From Mycobacterium sp. (GTDB lineage Bacteria; Actinomycetota; Actinomycetes; Mycobacteriales; Mycobacteriaceae), in the NCBI GenBank assembly GCA_050701675.1, contig JBOGDD010000283.1: 35,373 nucleotides of DNA; one strand, written 5' to 3'. The position numbers and the translations under genes are program-made. Shown here piece by piece: positions 1 through 13,260 of this stretch. Numbering within the stretch: position 1 is the first letter of the stretch; every line of letters begins with the position of its first letter. The notes below the pieces were generated by a model. That model did no database searches. It was not told the origin of the DNA and saw only the letters and a program-made list of their open reading frames with translations.

Positions 1-861
1 GCCGGGGAGCGCCTGCACCTGAGGTGACTCCAGGGGCGAGGCCGCGTCGCCGAGCGGCGCCGCCGGGGCGGGAACGTCGGCCGGAGCGGGAAGATCGGCC
101 GGTGCGGGAACCGGCACGGCCCTCGGCGGCAGGTGCACCGCCACCTCGCGCGGATCGACGACCTTCGGTGCGGGCGGAGCCGGCGGCGCGGGAGCAACGG
201 GGTCGGGAAGCGGGCTGTTCAACGGCGGCGGCTGAACGCCAGCAGCCGGTTTGGGCGTCCCGACGACGATCCAGTTGCCGGAGACGTCCTGGACGAGGTG
301 CGCCGTGTTGGTGGACGGAATCATGCCGAGATTGCGGGCCGCCTCGGCGAGTGCGGGCGCCGCCTGAGCCTCGAGCACGTCGCGTTCGAGGCCTTCCTTC
401 TGTTGCAGCAGCGCCTGATTGACCTGGCGGGCGTGGCCAAGCTGGTAGGACCGCTCGGCGGCGGCGGTCGACAGCCACAGGGTGACCCCGAGCCCGACCC
501 CGAGCGCCGCGATCACCAGGACGACGAATGGCACCCTGGTGACGAACCTGCGTGGGTCGAGCTCGATGGCCGCCAGCCTGACCAGCAGCCGCTCACGCAG
601 TGGCGGACGAATTACCTTGGGAGCCTTGGCTTTCCGCGCCTTCGCCCGCGCCTTCGCCTGAGCGGCGTTCTTCGGCCTGATCGGGCCCTTGGTGGGCCGT
701 GGCATTGGGCTGGTGTGCGGCGCTGAGCGCTGCGGGCGCTGCTCTCGGGTCGACCGCCGACCGCGCGGCGGCGCGTCGGCCGAACGGCGCTGGGCGGTCG
801 CCTCGCGTGGCCCTCGCCGACGCTCGTCGCTGGCGCGCACCGGCTCTCGTCGCTTCGCCAT
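1..861 (-). CDS. ftsL: FtsL-like proline-rich membrane cell-division protein (Rv2164c-like), 3' end runs off the window
   Basis: Not in the ORF track (no stop in window). Hand translation from ATG 861, which overlaps the rsm[13 protein letters not shown]...KARKAKAPK...VPFVVLVIAALGVGLGVTLWLST (TM) AAAERSYQLGHARQVNQALLQQKEGLERDVLEAQAAPALAEAARNLGM (coiled coil), then Pro-rich. Position after mraZ-rsmH. Confidence 0.85.
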   Translation of the reverse strand, partial: MAKRREPVRASDERRRGPREATAQRRSADAPPRGRRSTREQRPQRSAPHTSPMPRPTKGPIRPKNAAQAKARAKARKAKAPKVIRPPLRERLLVRLAAIELDPRRFVTRVPFVVLVIAALGVGLGVTLWLSTAAAERSYQLGHARQVNQALLQQKEGLERDVLEAQAAPALAEAARNLGMIPSTNTAHLVQDVSGNWIVVGTPKPAAGVQPPPLNSPLPDPVAPAPPAPPAPKVVDPREVAVHLPPRAVPVPAPADLPAPADVPAPAAPLGDAASPLESPQVQALPG

Positions 862-1847
862 CACGAACCTTCCCTTCTGACGACCTTCTCCAGGGCCCGC
901 AGCCGTACCGATGCACTCCGCGGGTTGAGGTCGATCTCGGAATCCCCCGCCTTCTCGGCGCCACGCGTCAGCGACACGAAATACGGTTCGTGACCGGGAA
1001 GCTCGACGGGCAAGCCCGGCGGAGTGCGCGAGGCCGTCGCGGAGGCGAACTCGCCCTTGACGATCCGGTCCTCCAGCGACTGGTAGGCCATGACCACGAT
1101 CCGGCCGCCCTCGCGCAGCGCGGCCAGCGCGGCGGGCACGGCAGAGCGCAGCGAGTCCAACTCGCCGTTGACGGCGGTGCGCAATGCCTGGAACGTGCGC
1201 TTGGCCGGGTGTCCCCCGGTCCGGCGGGCAGGTATGGGAATGACGTCGTAGAGCAGCTCAACCAGCTCGGAGGTGGTCGCCAACGGCTTGCGATTCCGTC
1301 GCCGGACGATCTCGCCTGCGATGCGGCTCGCGAAGCGCTCTTCACCGAACTCCTGCAGCACCCGTGTCAACGCCCTCTTGTCGTAGGTGTTGAGGATCTC
1401 GGCGGCCGTCAGGGGTGCGTCCTGATCCATCCGCATGTCAAGTGGTGCGTCCTTGGAGTAGGAGAAGCCGCGCTCGGCGCGGTCGAGTTGCATCGAGGAG
1501 ACGCCGAGGTCGAACAGGATCCCATCGACGTCACCGACGCCGGAGCCGGTCCCGTCGTTGCGGTCTGCCCAGAATCCGTCATAGCGGGTCTGGACGAAGG
1601 TGACGCGGTCGCCGAACGGGGCCAACCGCTCGCCTGCGATCTGCAGAGCGGTGCGATCTCGGTCGAGGCCGATCAGATGCAGCCCGGGCAGCTCGGTGAG
1701 GAAGCGTTCGGCATGTCCGCCGGCGCCGAGGGTGGCGTCGACCAGCGTGGCGCCCGCACCTTCGGGGTGGCGCCGAGTCAGGGCGGGCTTCAGCAGTTCG
1801 ACGCAGCGGTCGAGGAGCACGGGATCGTGCGGATGATCGTCAGGCAT
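861..1847 (-). CDS. rsmH: 16S rRNA m4C1402 methyltransferase RsmH (MraW)
   Basis: Motifs [62 protein letters not shown]. Start placed at ATG 1847; the upstream in-frame region is the mraW RNA. Confidence 0.95.
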   Translation of the reverse strand: MPDDHPHDPVLLDRCVELLKPALTRRHPEGAGATLVDATLGAGGHAERFLTELPGLHLIGLDRDRTALQIAGERLAPFGDRVTFVQTRYDGFWADRNDGTGSGVGDVDGILFDLGVSSMQLDRAERGFSYSKDAPLDMRMDQDAPLTAAEILNTYDKRALTRVLQEFGEERFASRIAGEIVRRRNRKPLATTSELVELLYDVIPIPARRTGGHPAKRTFQALRTAVNGELDSLRSAVPAALAALREGGRIVVMAYQSLEDRIVKGEFASATASRTPPGLPVELPGHEPYFVSLTRGAEKAGDSEIDLNPRSASVRLRALEKVVRREGS

Positions 1848-1877
1848 CGCAGCACCCTTGGGAAGTGTGGCCGCCCT

Positions 1878-1959
1878 TGCATCGAGGTCCCTGTCCGAGG
1901 TTGCGGACCTGGCGTTGGGGAAGTACGCCAGGGCCGGTTCGGGCAGAGGCCACCATGCA
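1878..1959 (-). ncRNA. mraW RNA motif (actinobacterial cis-element hairpin)
   Basis: Long imperfect hairpin TGCAT..CTGCCCGA..CGGCCCTGGCGT-ACTTCCCCA-ACGCCAGGTCCG..TCGGACAG..ATGCA with a CUUCCCC terminal loop, between mraZ and rsmH/mraW. Confidence 0.8.
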
Positions 1960-1971
1960 GGGGCAGCTGAA

Positions 1972-2403
1972 CTAAATGATGTCGCGCAGGGTGTCATCGC
2001 TGGCCGCGGAGAAGTTCTCTTCGTGGGTCTGCTGATAGGCCTGCCAAGCTCGGGCGTCCCAGATCTCCAGGTATTCGATCGATCCGATCACCACGCACTC
2101 CTTGGAGAGGTCCGCGTACTGGCGGTGGTCGGCCGTCAACGTGATCCGGCCTTGCGCGTCCGGGTGCTGTTCGTCGGTTGCCGCCGCCAGGTACCTCAGG
2201 AATGCGCGAGCGTCCGGATTGCTCCGCGATGCCGCAGATGCCCGCTCTGCGAGCTTCTCGAATTCCGCTCGCGGGTAGACAGCCAGGCTGTGATCTTGAC
2301 TCTTGGTGACCATCAACCCCCCTGCCAGTGCTTCGCGGAACTTGGCGGGCAGCGTGAGCCGCCCCTTGTCGTCGAGCTTGGGCGTGTAGGTGCCGAGAAA
2401 CAT
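1972..2403 (-). CDS. mraZ: Division/cell wall cluster transcriptional regulator MraZ
   Basis: [23 protein letters not shown], second repeat [20 protein letters not shown] upstream of ATG 2403; 143 aa. Confidence 0.97.
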   Translation of the reverse strand: MFLGTYTPKLDDKGRLTLPAKFREALAGGLMVTKSQDHSLAVYPRAEFEKLAERASAASRSNPDARAFLRYLAAATDEQHPDAQGRITLTADHRQYADLSKECVVIGSIEYLEIWDARAWQAYQQTHEENFSAASDDTLRDII

Positions 2404-2443
2404 CCCGCCACCTCCAGCTGCCCCGCTCACGGAACTCCGGTTG

Positions 2444-2530
2444 CTCCGTTGTCCGCCACATTACCCCACGATCCCCCACTTTGCTCCATCTGATGGCAAC
2501 AGTTTGGGTGCATGCCCCACCACACGCCAC
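2444..2530 (-). promoter_or_regulatory. Putative MraZ-binding GTGG(G/C)G repeats with 10-bp period
   Basis: Minus strand ATGGAG-caaa-GTGGGG-gatc-GTGGGG-taat-GTGGCG-gaca-ACGGAG (2489-2444), plus GTGGCG-tgtg-GTGGGG (2530-2515), upstream of mraZ. Confidence 0.7.
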
Positions 2531-2682
2531 TCATGAGGCATTTCCTGGCGCCGCGGAACCGACTGATACCCGAGTGCCGGCGCAAAACCGCAGCTGGGCA
2601 GTGTTCGAGGCCCGGGTGGGGGGTGGTGGGGCACCGAGACCGCCGCCTCCGCCTCAGCCGCCGACCACGGCGTGTCGGACGC

Positions 2683-2716
2683 AAAGAAAAGGGCAGCTCC
2701 CTGCGGAGCTGCCCTT
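2683..2716 (-). terminator. Intrinsic terminator after the DUF3040 gene
   Basis: Perfect 12-bp stem AAGGGCAGCTCC-gcag-GGAGCTGCCCTT followed by TTCTTT on the minus strand, about 40 nt after the stop at 2754. Confidence 0.85.
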
Positions 2717-2753
2717 GGGTCCTCTCAGACCCGGTGCCGGGTCAGGAGAACGC

Positions 2754-3155
2754 TCATTCCTCGAAACGACGGCGGAACCGTTCCTCCATGCGACTGGCGA
2801 ACGAGTTGTTGCTCTTGGCGCGCTTCTGGCGCGCGGAGCCGGGTTCCTGGGCCGCGCCCTCGGGTCCACCCGGCACGCGCGGGCCCGTGATCGCAAACAC
2901 CACGCCGCCGAACATGAGGATGAAGCCGAACACGCTGAGGATCGGAAAGCCGCTGATCTGAGTCGCGGGGAGCGCCACTCCACATATCAGGAGTGCCAGA
3001 CCGACGAGGAAGACCACCGCTCCTTGGAGCCGGCGGCGCGCCGAGGGAGCCCGCAGACTGCCACCGCGCACGCTGGAGGCGAACTTGGGATCCTCGGCAT
3101 AAAGTGCGCTCTCGATCTGGTCGAGCATGCGCTGCTCATGATCGGAGAGTGGCAT
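2754..3155 (-). CDS. DUF3040-family membrane protein (Rv2169c-like)
   Basis: MPLSDHEQRMLDQIESALYAEDPKF, two TM helices, C-terminal RMEERFRRRFEE; SD GGGAGG before ATG 3155. Confidence 0.88.
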   Translation of the reverse strand: MPLSDHEQRMLDQIESALYAEDPKFASSVRGGSLRAPSARRRLQGAVVFLVGLALLICGVALPATQISGFPILSVFGFILMFGGVVFAITGPRVPGGPEGAAQEPGSARQKRAKSNNSFASRMEERFRRRFEE

Positions 3156-3386
3156 CCGCGCCTCCCATGTGCGTCCCTGCTGCGTCCGCGAAGCCGCGGC
3201 CGTGCTGTCAAAATTCGTACTCCCGCGTTTGCGGGGGCACCTGAACACCATGATACGAGCTGAATCTGACCCGTACCACCTACTTCGAAGGTCGATTGTA
3301 GTTGGTGGCCCACCGGTGGCGAGATACTGCGTCGCTGACCGGATAATGACGTCGACTCGGACATCGCGCGAAGGGCACCAAAAAGT

Positions 3387-3977
3387 TTGGCCACGTTCCT
3401 CATCGACCTGTCACCCGTCGACATGCAACGGCGCCTCGGGGACGCACTCGGCATCTACGTCGATGCAATGCGATACCCCCGGGGCACCGAGGATCAGCGC
3501 GCCTCGATGTGGCTGGAGCACACCCGCAGGGCCGGGTGGACCGCGGTCGCGGCCGTTGAGGCGCCGGAGGGCTGCCAGGACGCAGTGGCGCTGAGCACCG
3601 CGCCGATGCTCGGCGTGGCCTACGGCTACTGCGGCGCACCGGATCAGTGGTGGCAGCAGCAGGTGATCCAGGGCCTGCAGCGGGGCGGGACGGACTCCTC
3701 GCGCATCTCCGAGCTGATGAACTCCTACTTCGAGCTCACGGAACTGCACATCCACCCCGCAGCGCAGGGCCGCGGGCTCGGCGAGGCTCTCGCCAGGCGC
3801 CTGCTGGCCGGACGTGACGAACCCCACGTGCTTCTCTCCACACCCGAGATCAACGGCGAGGCCAACCGGGCCTGGCGGCTGTACCGGCGCCTCGGGTTCA
3901 CCGACGTCATCCGCGGCTACCACTTCGCAGGAGACCCAAGACCGTTCGCAATCCTCGGGCGGGAATTGCCGCTGTGA
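3387..3977 (+). CDS. GNAT-family acetyltransferase (Rv2170-like)
   Basis: Acetyl-CoA motif A LHIHPAAQGRGLG and AWRLYRRLGF; TTG start; synteny. Confidence 0.88.
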   Translation: MATFLIDLSPVDMQRRLGDALGIYVDAMRYPRGTEDQRASMWLEHTRRAGWTAVAAVEAPEGCQDAVALSTAPMLGVAYGYCGAPDQWWQQQVIQGLQRGGTDSSRISELMNSYFELTELHIHPAAQGRGLGEALARRLLAGRDEPHVLLSTPEINGEANRAWRLYRRLGFTDVIRGYHFAGDPRPFAILGRELPL

Positions 3978-4003
3978 CCGTGCGGGTCTGGCACCATGTC
4001 GAG

Positions 4004-4678
4004 GTGCCCAACCGCCGTAAGCGCCTGCTGGCCCTGGTTTTGCTGGCGCTGATCGCGCCCATGGTCGCCGGCTGCGTGCGGGTACGCGCCTCCATCACCG
4101 TCTCGCCCGACGACCGGGTGTCTGGCCAGATCATCGCGGCGGCCAAGGCGGCCAACCCCGACGACAAGGGCCCCCAGCTGCTCAACAGCCTGCCGTTCAG
4201 CGACAAGGTGTCGGTCTCCCCCTACTCGCGCGACGACTTCGTCGGGTCTCAGGCGGTGTTCTCGGACCTGACGTTCTCGGAGCTGCCGCAGTTGGCGAAC
4301 ATGAACCGCGATGCGGCTGGCGTCGACATCTCCTTGCGCCGGGCCGGCGACCTGGTGATCCTCGAGGGACGAGCCGACCTCACGTCGCTGAACGACCCCG
4401 ACGCGGACGTGTCGCTGAACGTCGCCTTCCCCGGTGAGGTGACCTCCACCAATGGTGACCAGGTCTCCTCCGACGTGGTCCAGTGGACGCTCAAACCGGG
4501 GGTGGTGAGCACGATGAGCGCCCAGGCCCGCTTCACCGATCCCAGCGCGAGGTCGTTCACCGGAGCGGCGATCTGGCTGGGCCTCGCGGCGTTCGTGGTG
4601 GCGGCAATCATCGGAGGGGTCGCGTGGACCAGTCGCGACCGCAACCCGGTCATGGCAAACCCGCACGAACCGCGCTGA
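4004..4678 (+). CDS. lppM: LppM-family lipoprotein
   Basis: Basic N-terminus RRKR, hydrophobic stretch, lipobox-like MVAG-C, C-terminal TM helix. GTG 4004 chosen (CACCAT -10-like hexamer 6 nt upstream); alternative GTG 3974. Confidence 0.82.
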   Translation: MPNRRKRLLALVLLALIAPMVAGCVRVRASITVSPDDRVSGQIIAAAKAANPDDKGPQLLNSLPFSDKVSVSPYSRDDFVGSQAVFSDLTFSELPQLANMNRDAAGVDISLRRAGDLVILEGRADLTSLNDPDADVSLNVAFPGEVTSTNGDQVSSDVVQWTLKPGVVSTMSAQARFTDPSARSFTGAAIWLGLAAFVVAAIIGGVAWTSRDRNPVMANPHEPR

Positions 4679-4748
4679 CGCCTGCGCGGCCCTGGCTTGC
4701 TACACATCAGGTCACACGCTCTAGTCTGAAGGCAATCGTGCGTAGTGA

Positions 4749-5855
<1,107 letters not shown>

Positions 5856-5859
5856 GCCC

Positions 5860-7404
5860 ATGACGACTCCGACCCCTTCCCCGATCGCCACGCGTCAGCC
5901 GAGAACCGGGCTCGGCCAACATTTTTCGCGCCTGACCGCTTTCGCCGCCTCCAGCGAGGGCAGGCCCGCCCTGCTGGGTTGCCTCGGCGCCGCGCTGATC
6001 ACCGTCGGGGGGCTCGGGGCAGGCAGCACTCGACTCCACGACCCGGTGCTCGAGTCGTTGCAGCTGTCGTGGCTGCGGTTCGGCCATGGGCTGGTGGTCT
6101 CCTCGGTGCTGCTGTGGGGCGGAGTCGCCGTGATGTTGACGGCGTGGTTGTGGCTCGGCCGCCGCGTCGTCGACCGCACCGCGACCACCTACACGATGGT
6201 GGCGACCACGGGCTTCTGGCTGACCCCGCTGCTGCTGAGCGTGCCGGTGTTCAGTCGCGACACGTACTCCTATCTCGCGCAGGGCGCATTGCTGCGCGAC
6301 GGGTTCGACCCGTACATCGTCGGCCCGATCGAGAACCCCAACCCCCTGCTCGACGACGTGAGCCCGATCTGGACGACCACCACCGCGCCGTACGGCCCGG
6401 TGTTCATCCTGGTGGCGAAGTTGGTGACGTTGTTGGTCGGCGACCACGTCATCGAAGGCACCATGCTGCTGCGGCTGTGCATGCTGCCGGGGCTGGTGAT
6501 GCTGATCTGGGCGGCGCCCCGGATCGCGCGCCACGTGGGGGCGAACGGGCCTGCCGCACTGTGGATCTGCGTTCTCAATCCGCTGGTGATCATCCACCTG
6601 ATGGGCGGCGTCCACAACGAGATGTTGATGGTCGGGCTGATGATGGCGGCCATCGCTCTGACCCTGGCGAACCGACCCGTCTGGGGTGTGGGGTTCATCG
6701 CCATCGCGGTCGCGGTGAAGGCCACGGCGGGTATCGCACTGCCCTTCATGGTGTGGATGTGGATGCACCGATTGAGGGACGGGCGCGGCCTCGGGCCGAG
6801 GCGTGCCTTCGCCTTCGCGACGGCGGCGTCGGCGCTCATCTTCGTCGTCGTGTTCGCGGTCGTGTCCGCACTGGCCGGGGTCGGCCTCGGCTGGCTCACC
6901 GCACTTGCGGGGTCGGTCAAGATCATCAACTGGCTCACGGTGCCCACCGCGATTGCGAACTTGACCAACGCGGTCGGCGGACTCTTCTTCCCCGTCAACT
7001 TCTATGCGGTTCTCGAAGTCACCCGAATCGCAGGCATCGCCATCATCGCCATCTCACTTCCGTTGCTGTGGTGGCGATTCCGCCGCGACGACCGGGACGC
7101 ACTGACCGGAATCGCGCTCGCGATGCTGATCGTGGTGCTCTTCGTGCCCGCGGCGCTGCCCTGGTACTACACGTGGCCGCTGGCGGTGTTGTCGGCGCTG
7201 GCGCAAAGTCGGCAGGCGATCGCCGTGATCGCGGGCTTCTCGACGTGGATCATGGTGATCTTCAAACCCGATGGCTCGCACGGCATGTACTCCTGGCTAC
7301 ACGTCGCGCTGGCGACCGCGCTCGCGGTGGCCGCCTGGTATTCGCTGGTCAAGTCTCCCGAGGAGGCCGAGACGGCGCCGGCCACGCAGCCGTCCGCCCC
7401 ATAG
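5860..7404 (+). CDS. mptA: Alpha-(1->6)-mannopyranosyltransferase A (GT-C; lipomannan backbone)
   Basis: Polytopic membrane protein with FSRDTYSYLAQG, TTAPYGP, GGVHNEMLM, LPWYY; directly after idsA2. Start ATG 5860. Confidence 0.88.
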   Translation: MTTPTPSPIATRQPRTGLGQHFSRLTAFAASSEGRPALLGCLGAALITVGGLGAGSTRLHDPVLESLQLSWLRFGHGLVVSSVLLWGGVAVMLTAWLWLGRRVVDRTATTYTMVATTGFWLTPLLLSVPVFSRDTYSYLAQGALLRDGFDPYIVGPIENPNPLLDDVSPIWTTTTAPYGPVFILVAKLVTLLVGDHVIEGTMLLRLCMLPGLVMLIWAAPRIARHVGANGPAALWICVLNPLVIIHLMGGVHNEMLMVGLMMAAIALTLANRPVWGVGFIAIAVAVKATAGIALPFMVWMWMHRLRDGRGLGPRRAFAFATAASALIFVVVFAVVSALAGVGLGWLTALAGSVKIINWLTVPTAIANLTNAVGGLFFPVNFYAVLEVTRIAGIAIIAISLPLLWWRFRRDDRDALTGIALAMLIVVLFVPAALPWYYTWPLAVLSALAQSRQAIAVIAGFSTWIMVIFKPDGSHGMYSWLHVALATALAVAAWYSLVKSPEEAETAPATQPSAP

Positions 7405-7407
7405 CGG

Positions 7408-7812
7408 TCAGTACGCCATCGCCTGGGCCCGACGAACCACCTCGCGGGCCTGGTGTGAGTGCAGCGCGTCCACCGGTCGCGCGTTGGACTGCGCGTCCGA
7501 GTCACCGTCGCGGCTGATGGTCAGCGAAGCGTCGGGGGTGAACAGCCAACGCACGATCTCGGTTTCGTGATAGCCGCCGTCGTGCAGGACGACCAGCAGA
7601 CCCGAGAGGCTCTTGACGACGTGACCCTTGTCGTCGAAGAAGATCTTCGGCACCACCAGGACACCGTCGCGGCGCACGCCGATCAGGTGCTTCTGCCTGA
7701 GGTGCTGATGCACTTTGGTCACTGGGATGCCGAGGATCGACGCCACGGTGGGAAGGTCGTAGACGGCTTCGTCGGGGTCGAGGATGTCATCGGCAGCCGG
7801 AATGTTGCTCAC
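7408..7812 (-). CDS. Rv2175c-family DNA-binding (winged-HTH) protein, PknL substrate in M. tuberculosis
   Basis: YDLPTVASILGIPVTKVHQHLR HTH-like segment, LHDGGY..EIVRWLFT, C-terminal EVVRRAQAMAY; divergent from pknL. GTG 7812. Confidence 0.85.
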   Translation of the reverse strand: MSNIPAADDILDPDEAVYDLPTVASILGIPVTKVHQHLRQKHLIGVRRDGVLVVPKIFFDDKGHVVKSLSGLLVVLHDGGYHETEIVRWLFTPDASLTISRDGDSDAQSNARPVDALHSHQAREVVRRAQAMAY

Positions 7813-7835
7813 CGGGCCGAGTCTAAGATGCACGC

Positions 7836-9041
7836 GTGGGTACCAGCCAGCGATCGGACCCGCTCGTCGGCATCGTGTTGGACGGGCGGTATCGTGTCGA
7901 CGCCCTGATCGCCACCGGCGGCATGTCCGCGGTGTACCGGGGTCTCGACCTTCGGTTGGACCGGCCGGTGGCGTGCAAGATCATGGATTCTCGGTATGCG
8001 GGCGACCAGCAGTTCCTGACGCGGTTCCAGCGCGAGGCCCGCGCGGTCGCGCGATTGAAGGATCCCGGCCTGGTAGCCGTCTACGACCAAGGCATCGACG
8101 GACAGCACCCGTTCCTGGTCATGGAGCTCATCGAGGGCGGCACGCTGCGTGAACTTCTGCGGGAACGCGGCCCGATGCCACCCCATGCCGTCGCGGCGGT
8201 GCTGTCGCCGATCCTGGGCGGCCTGGCGGCTGCACACCGCGCCGGCCTGGTGCACCGCGACATCAAACCGGAGAACGTTCTGATCTCCGATGACGGCGAG
8301 GTGAAGATCGCGGACTTCGGATTGGTGCGCGCGGTCGCGGAGGCGAAGATCACGTCGACGAGTGTGATCCTCGGCACCGCCGCCTACCTTTCGCCCGAAC
8401 AGGTGAGCACCGGCGACGCCGGCCCGGGCAGTGACGTCTACGGCGTCGGCATCCTCGCCTACGAATTGCTCACCGGCGCGGCGCCGTTCACGGGCGACAG
8501 CGCCCTTTCGGTGGCATACCAGCGGATGGACCACGACGTGCCGCCGCCGAGCGCTGCGATCACCGGGGTCCCACCGCAGTTCGACCAGTTCATCTCGCGC
8601 GCAACGCGGCGTGACCCCGAAGACCGCTACGCCGATGCCGCCGCGATGAGCGACGAACTGCACCGGATCGTCGACGAACTCGGGCTACCGCCGTTCCGGG
8701 TGCCCGCACCACGCAATTCCGCTCAGCACGTGGCGTCAGCAGAGTTTCACAGCCGACTCGTCCAGGATGACCACACCACCGCGGCCACTGCCCCGCCCGC
8801 ACCGCCGCAGCCCATCCTGCCGCCGCGTCAGCACACCAGGGAGATGACCAAGGGGCCCGACGACTGGGAGATCCGTTCCGCGCCAGGCCAGTTCGCCGGC
8901 ATCGACATCGACGAACTGGCGTGGGCCAGGCGACGCGGACGGCGCGTCGCGCTGTTCTGGCTGGTGGGCATTCTGACGCTCACCGGGCTGGCGGCCGCCG
9001 GAGCGTGGACTCTCGGCAGCAACCTCCAGGGACTGCTTTGA
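7836..9041 (+). CDS. pknL: Ser/Thr protein kinase PknL
   Basis: IATGGMSAVY, VACK, HRDIKPEN, DFG, GTAAYLSPEQ, SDVY; single C-terminal TM helix and no PASTA repeats. Confidence 0.93.
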   Translation: MGTSQRSDPLVGIVLDGRYRVDALIATGGMSAVYRGLDLRLDRPVACKIMDSRYAGDQQFLTRFQREARAVARLKDPGLVAVYDQGIDGQHPFLVMELIEGGTLRELLRERGPMPPHAVAAVLSPILGGLAAAHRAGLVHRDIKPENVLISDDGEVKIADFGLVRAVAEAKITSTSVILGTAAYLSPEQVSTGDAGPGSDVYGVGILAYELLTGAAPFTGDSALSVAYQRMDHDVPPPSAAITGVPPQFDQFISRATRRDPEDRYADAAAMSDELHRIVDELGLPPFRVPAPRNSAQHVASAEFHSRLVQDDHTTAATAPPAPPQPILPPRQHTREMTKGPDDWEIRSAPGQFAGIDIDELAWARRRGRRVALFWLVGILTLTGLAAAGAWTLGSNLQGLL

Positions 9042-9042
9042 G

Positions 9043-11004
<1,962 letters not shown>

Positions 11005-11005
<1 letters not shown>

Positions 11006-11883
11006 CAGGCGGCGTCCGTCGTTACTGGGGCAGGCATCGGAGCCGGGTGGATCTCCCGGTCGAGCTGCGCATCGACCTCGTGGTCGTCGGGAAAGTGCGG
11101 CTCGCCCGCGACGACGTGCTGGAGCCAGAGTTTGGCCTGGACGACGGGACGACGCAGTCGTCGTTCACGCTCGAGCGAGCGGTGCATTCTCCGCGGCCGG
11201 TTTCCATAGCGCCATCGCGCCCACGGCGCGTGCGGACGCGAGACTCGGATCGCACCGACGAACAGTAGCGGCGTGATGAACATCCCGATCAGGCCGGTCC
11301 ACACCTTGCCCTTGAGCAGCACCACCACCGCGAGGGCCAGCGTGACCATGGCGATCCCGATCACGGCCCCGCGGGCCAGCAGCGTCTGGTCCGAGCGCCA
11401 GATGTCGACGTCGAAGAACGACAGCGGGTTGAATCCCAGGATCAGAAGTCCCGCAACCGCAACCGCGGCGAACACCGCGTCCACCGAAGTTCGGCCATCC
11501 TCGGACCAGTACACGTCCTGCAGGTGCAGGATCAAGGCGAACTCGTCGAGCACCAGCGCCGCGCCCATCCCGAAGAAGATTGCGGCTACCGTGAATTCGG
11601 GGACTCCGCCGTCGACGGCGAGCGTCACCATCGTCACCCCGGACACCATGACCAGGATCACACCGATCACCACGTGGTGGATGTGTACCGTGCCGTGCCC
11701 GATATTGCGTGGCTGCCACCACTTGGGCGGCGTGTCGTGGTCGGCGTTGTGCCGGATGTAGCGGACGATCGTGCGTGTCACCAGGAAAGTCAGCAGAAAT
11801 GCGATCAGGCACCACGTCAGTGGCTGCCGACCCGGCGGGATCGCCAGATCGAGCCCGAAGTCGAACTTCCAATCGTCGAACAC
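11005..11883 (-). CDS. Conserved integral membrane protein (Rv2180c-like)
   Basis: Multiple TM helices, [25 protein letters not shown]; stop overlaps the RNase AS start. GTG 11883 preferred (TAAGTT 6 nt upstream); TTG 11889 is an alternative. Confidence 0.82.
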
Positions 11884-11967
11884 GGCCAAAACTTACGCCG
11901 ACCTGCGCGCGTCGTGGACAGGATGGTCCCCGGCGCGCCGACGACGGCCGATAGTCTTGTCCTCGAG

Positions 11968-13260
11968 ATGAGAATTCGGCAGTTGCCCGGCGGGGTGCGG
12001 TGGTCAACCGTGGCATGGCGGCTGTTTCAGCCGTTGACCATCGCAGCGGTGGTCTGGGCGGGCTGGCGACTTCTCGCCACCACGCCGTACCGCATCGACA
12101 TCGACGTCTACCGGATGGGCGGTCGCGCCTGGCTCGACGGTACGTCGCTCTACAGCGACGGCGTCCTCTTCCACACGCTCGCGGGCCTTGGCCTCCCGTT
12201 CACCTACCCACCGTTGGCGGCCGCCGTCTTCGCCCCCTTCGCGTGGCTGTCGCTGAATGCGGCCAGCGCGACCATCACGGTGATCACCTTCGCCCTGCTA
12301 CTCGTCACCACGGTGATCGTGCTGACCCGGCTTCGGGTGTGGGAGCAGTCTGCGGCGATCGCAGGCCCGGCGTGGCGCAGGCGCTGCTGGCTCGCGGCGG
12401 CGATCGTCGCACCCGCGGTGGTCTACCTGGAGCCGCTGCGGTCGAACTTCGAGTTCGGCCAGATCAACGTCGTCCTCATGACCCTGGTGATCGCCGACTG
12501 CGTACCGCGAAGGACGCCGTGGCCGCGGGGGCTTCTGCTCGGACTGGCCATCGCACTCAAGCTGACGCCCGCGGTCTTCCTGCTGTACCTGCTCCTTCGT
12601 CGTGACACCCGCGCCCTGTTGGTGAGCGTGGCGTCGGCCATCCTCGCGACGGCGCTCGGGTTCGTCGTGGCCGGGCGGGACTCGTGGGAGTACTGGACCG
12701 AGACGGTGCGCGACACCGACCGCATCGGCACTGCCACCTACCTCACCAACCAGAACATCGCAGGCACGCTCGCCCGCCTCGGCATCGGTGAGGCCCCGCG
12801 GTTCGTGATCTGGCTGGTCGCCTGCTTCGCCGTCCTGGGGCTGACCGTGTGGGCGGTTCGCCGCGTGCTGCGGCCAGACGCGCTCCGCGCAGGTGATCAG
12901 TCGGTGCTGGCGCTGGTGTGCGTCGCGATGTTCGGTCTCGTCGTGTCGCCGGTGTCATGGTCACACCATTGGGTGTGGGCACTTCCCGCCGTCCTCGTGA
13001 CGGCCGTGCTCGCCTACCGGTACCGCAGCGTCGCCATGGGCATCATCAGTGCTGTCGGCATCGCATTGATGGTGCTGGCGCCGATCCATTTGATGACCGA
13101 GCACCGGGAGACCTCAGCGGCGCTGTGGCGCCAACTGCTCGGTGGCTCCTACGTGTGGTGGGCCATCGCGCTGATCGCCGTCGCGGGCGCGGTCACGCTG
13201 AGGGAGAGCGACGACACCCTACGAAGGGTCGACGCCACGCCGGCCCACGCGGTTACCTAG
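11968..13260 (+). CDS. mptC: GT87 alpha-(1->2)-mannosyltransferase (Rv2181-like; LM/LAM branching)
   Basis: [44 protein letters not shown]. Start ATG 11968 is inferred; the longer ORF overlaps the opposite-strand gene. Confidence 0.85.
   Translation: MRIRQLPGGVRWSTVAWRLFQPLTIAAVVWAGWRLLATTPYRIDIDVYRMGGRAWLDGTSLYSDGVLFHTLAGLGLPFTYPPLAAAVFAPFAWLSLNAASATITVITFALLLVTTVIVLTRLRVWEQSAAIAGPAWRRRCWLAAAIVAPAVVYLEPLRSNFEFGQINVVLMTLVIADCVPRRTPWPRGLLLGLAIALKLTPAVFLLYLLLRRDTRALLVSVASAILATALGFVVAGRDSWEYWTETVRDTDRIGTATYLTNQNIAGTLARLGIGEAPRFVIWLVACFAVLGLTVWAVRRVLRPDALRAGDQSVLALVCVAMFGLVVSPVSWSHHWVWALPAVLVTAVLAYRYRSVAMGIISAVGIALMVLAPIHLMTEHRETSAALWRQLLGGSYVWWAIALIAVAGAVTLRESDDTLRRVDATPAHAVT

Noticed and set aside
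1848..1997. N-terminal extension of RsmH
   Set aside because: Overlaps the mraZ end and coincides with the mraW RNA hairpin; conservation is better explained by RNA structure.
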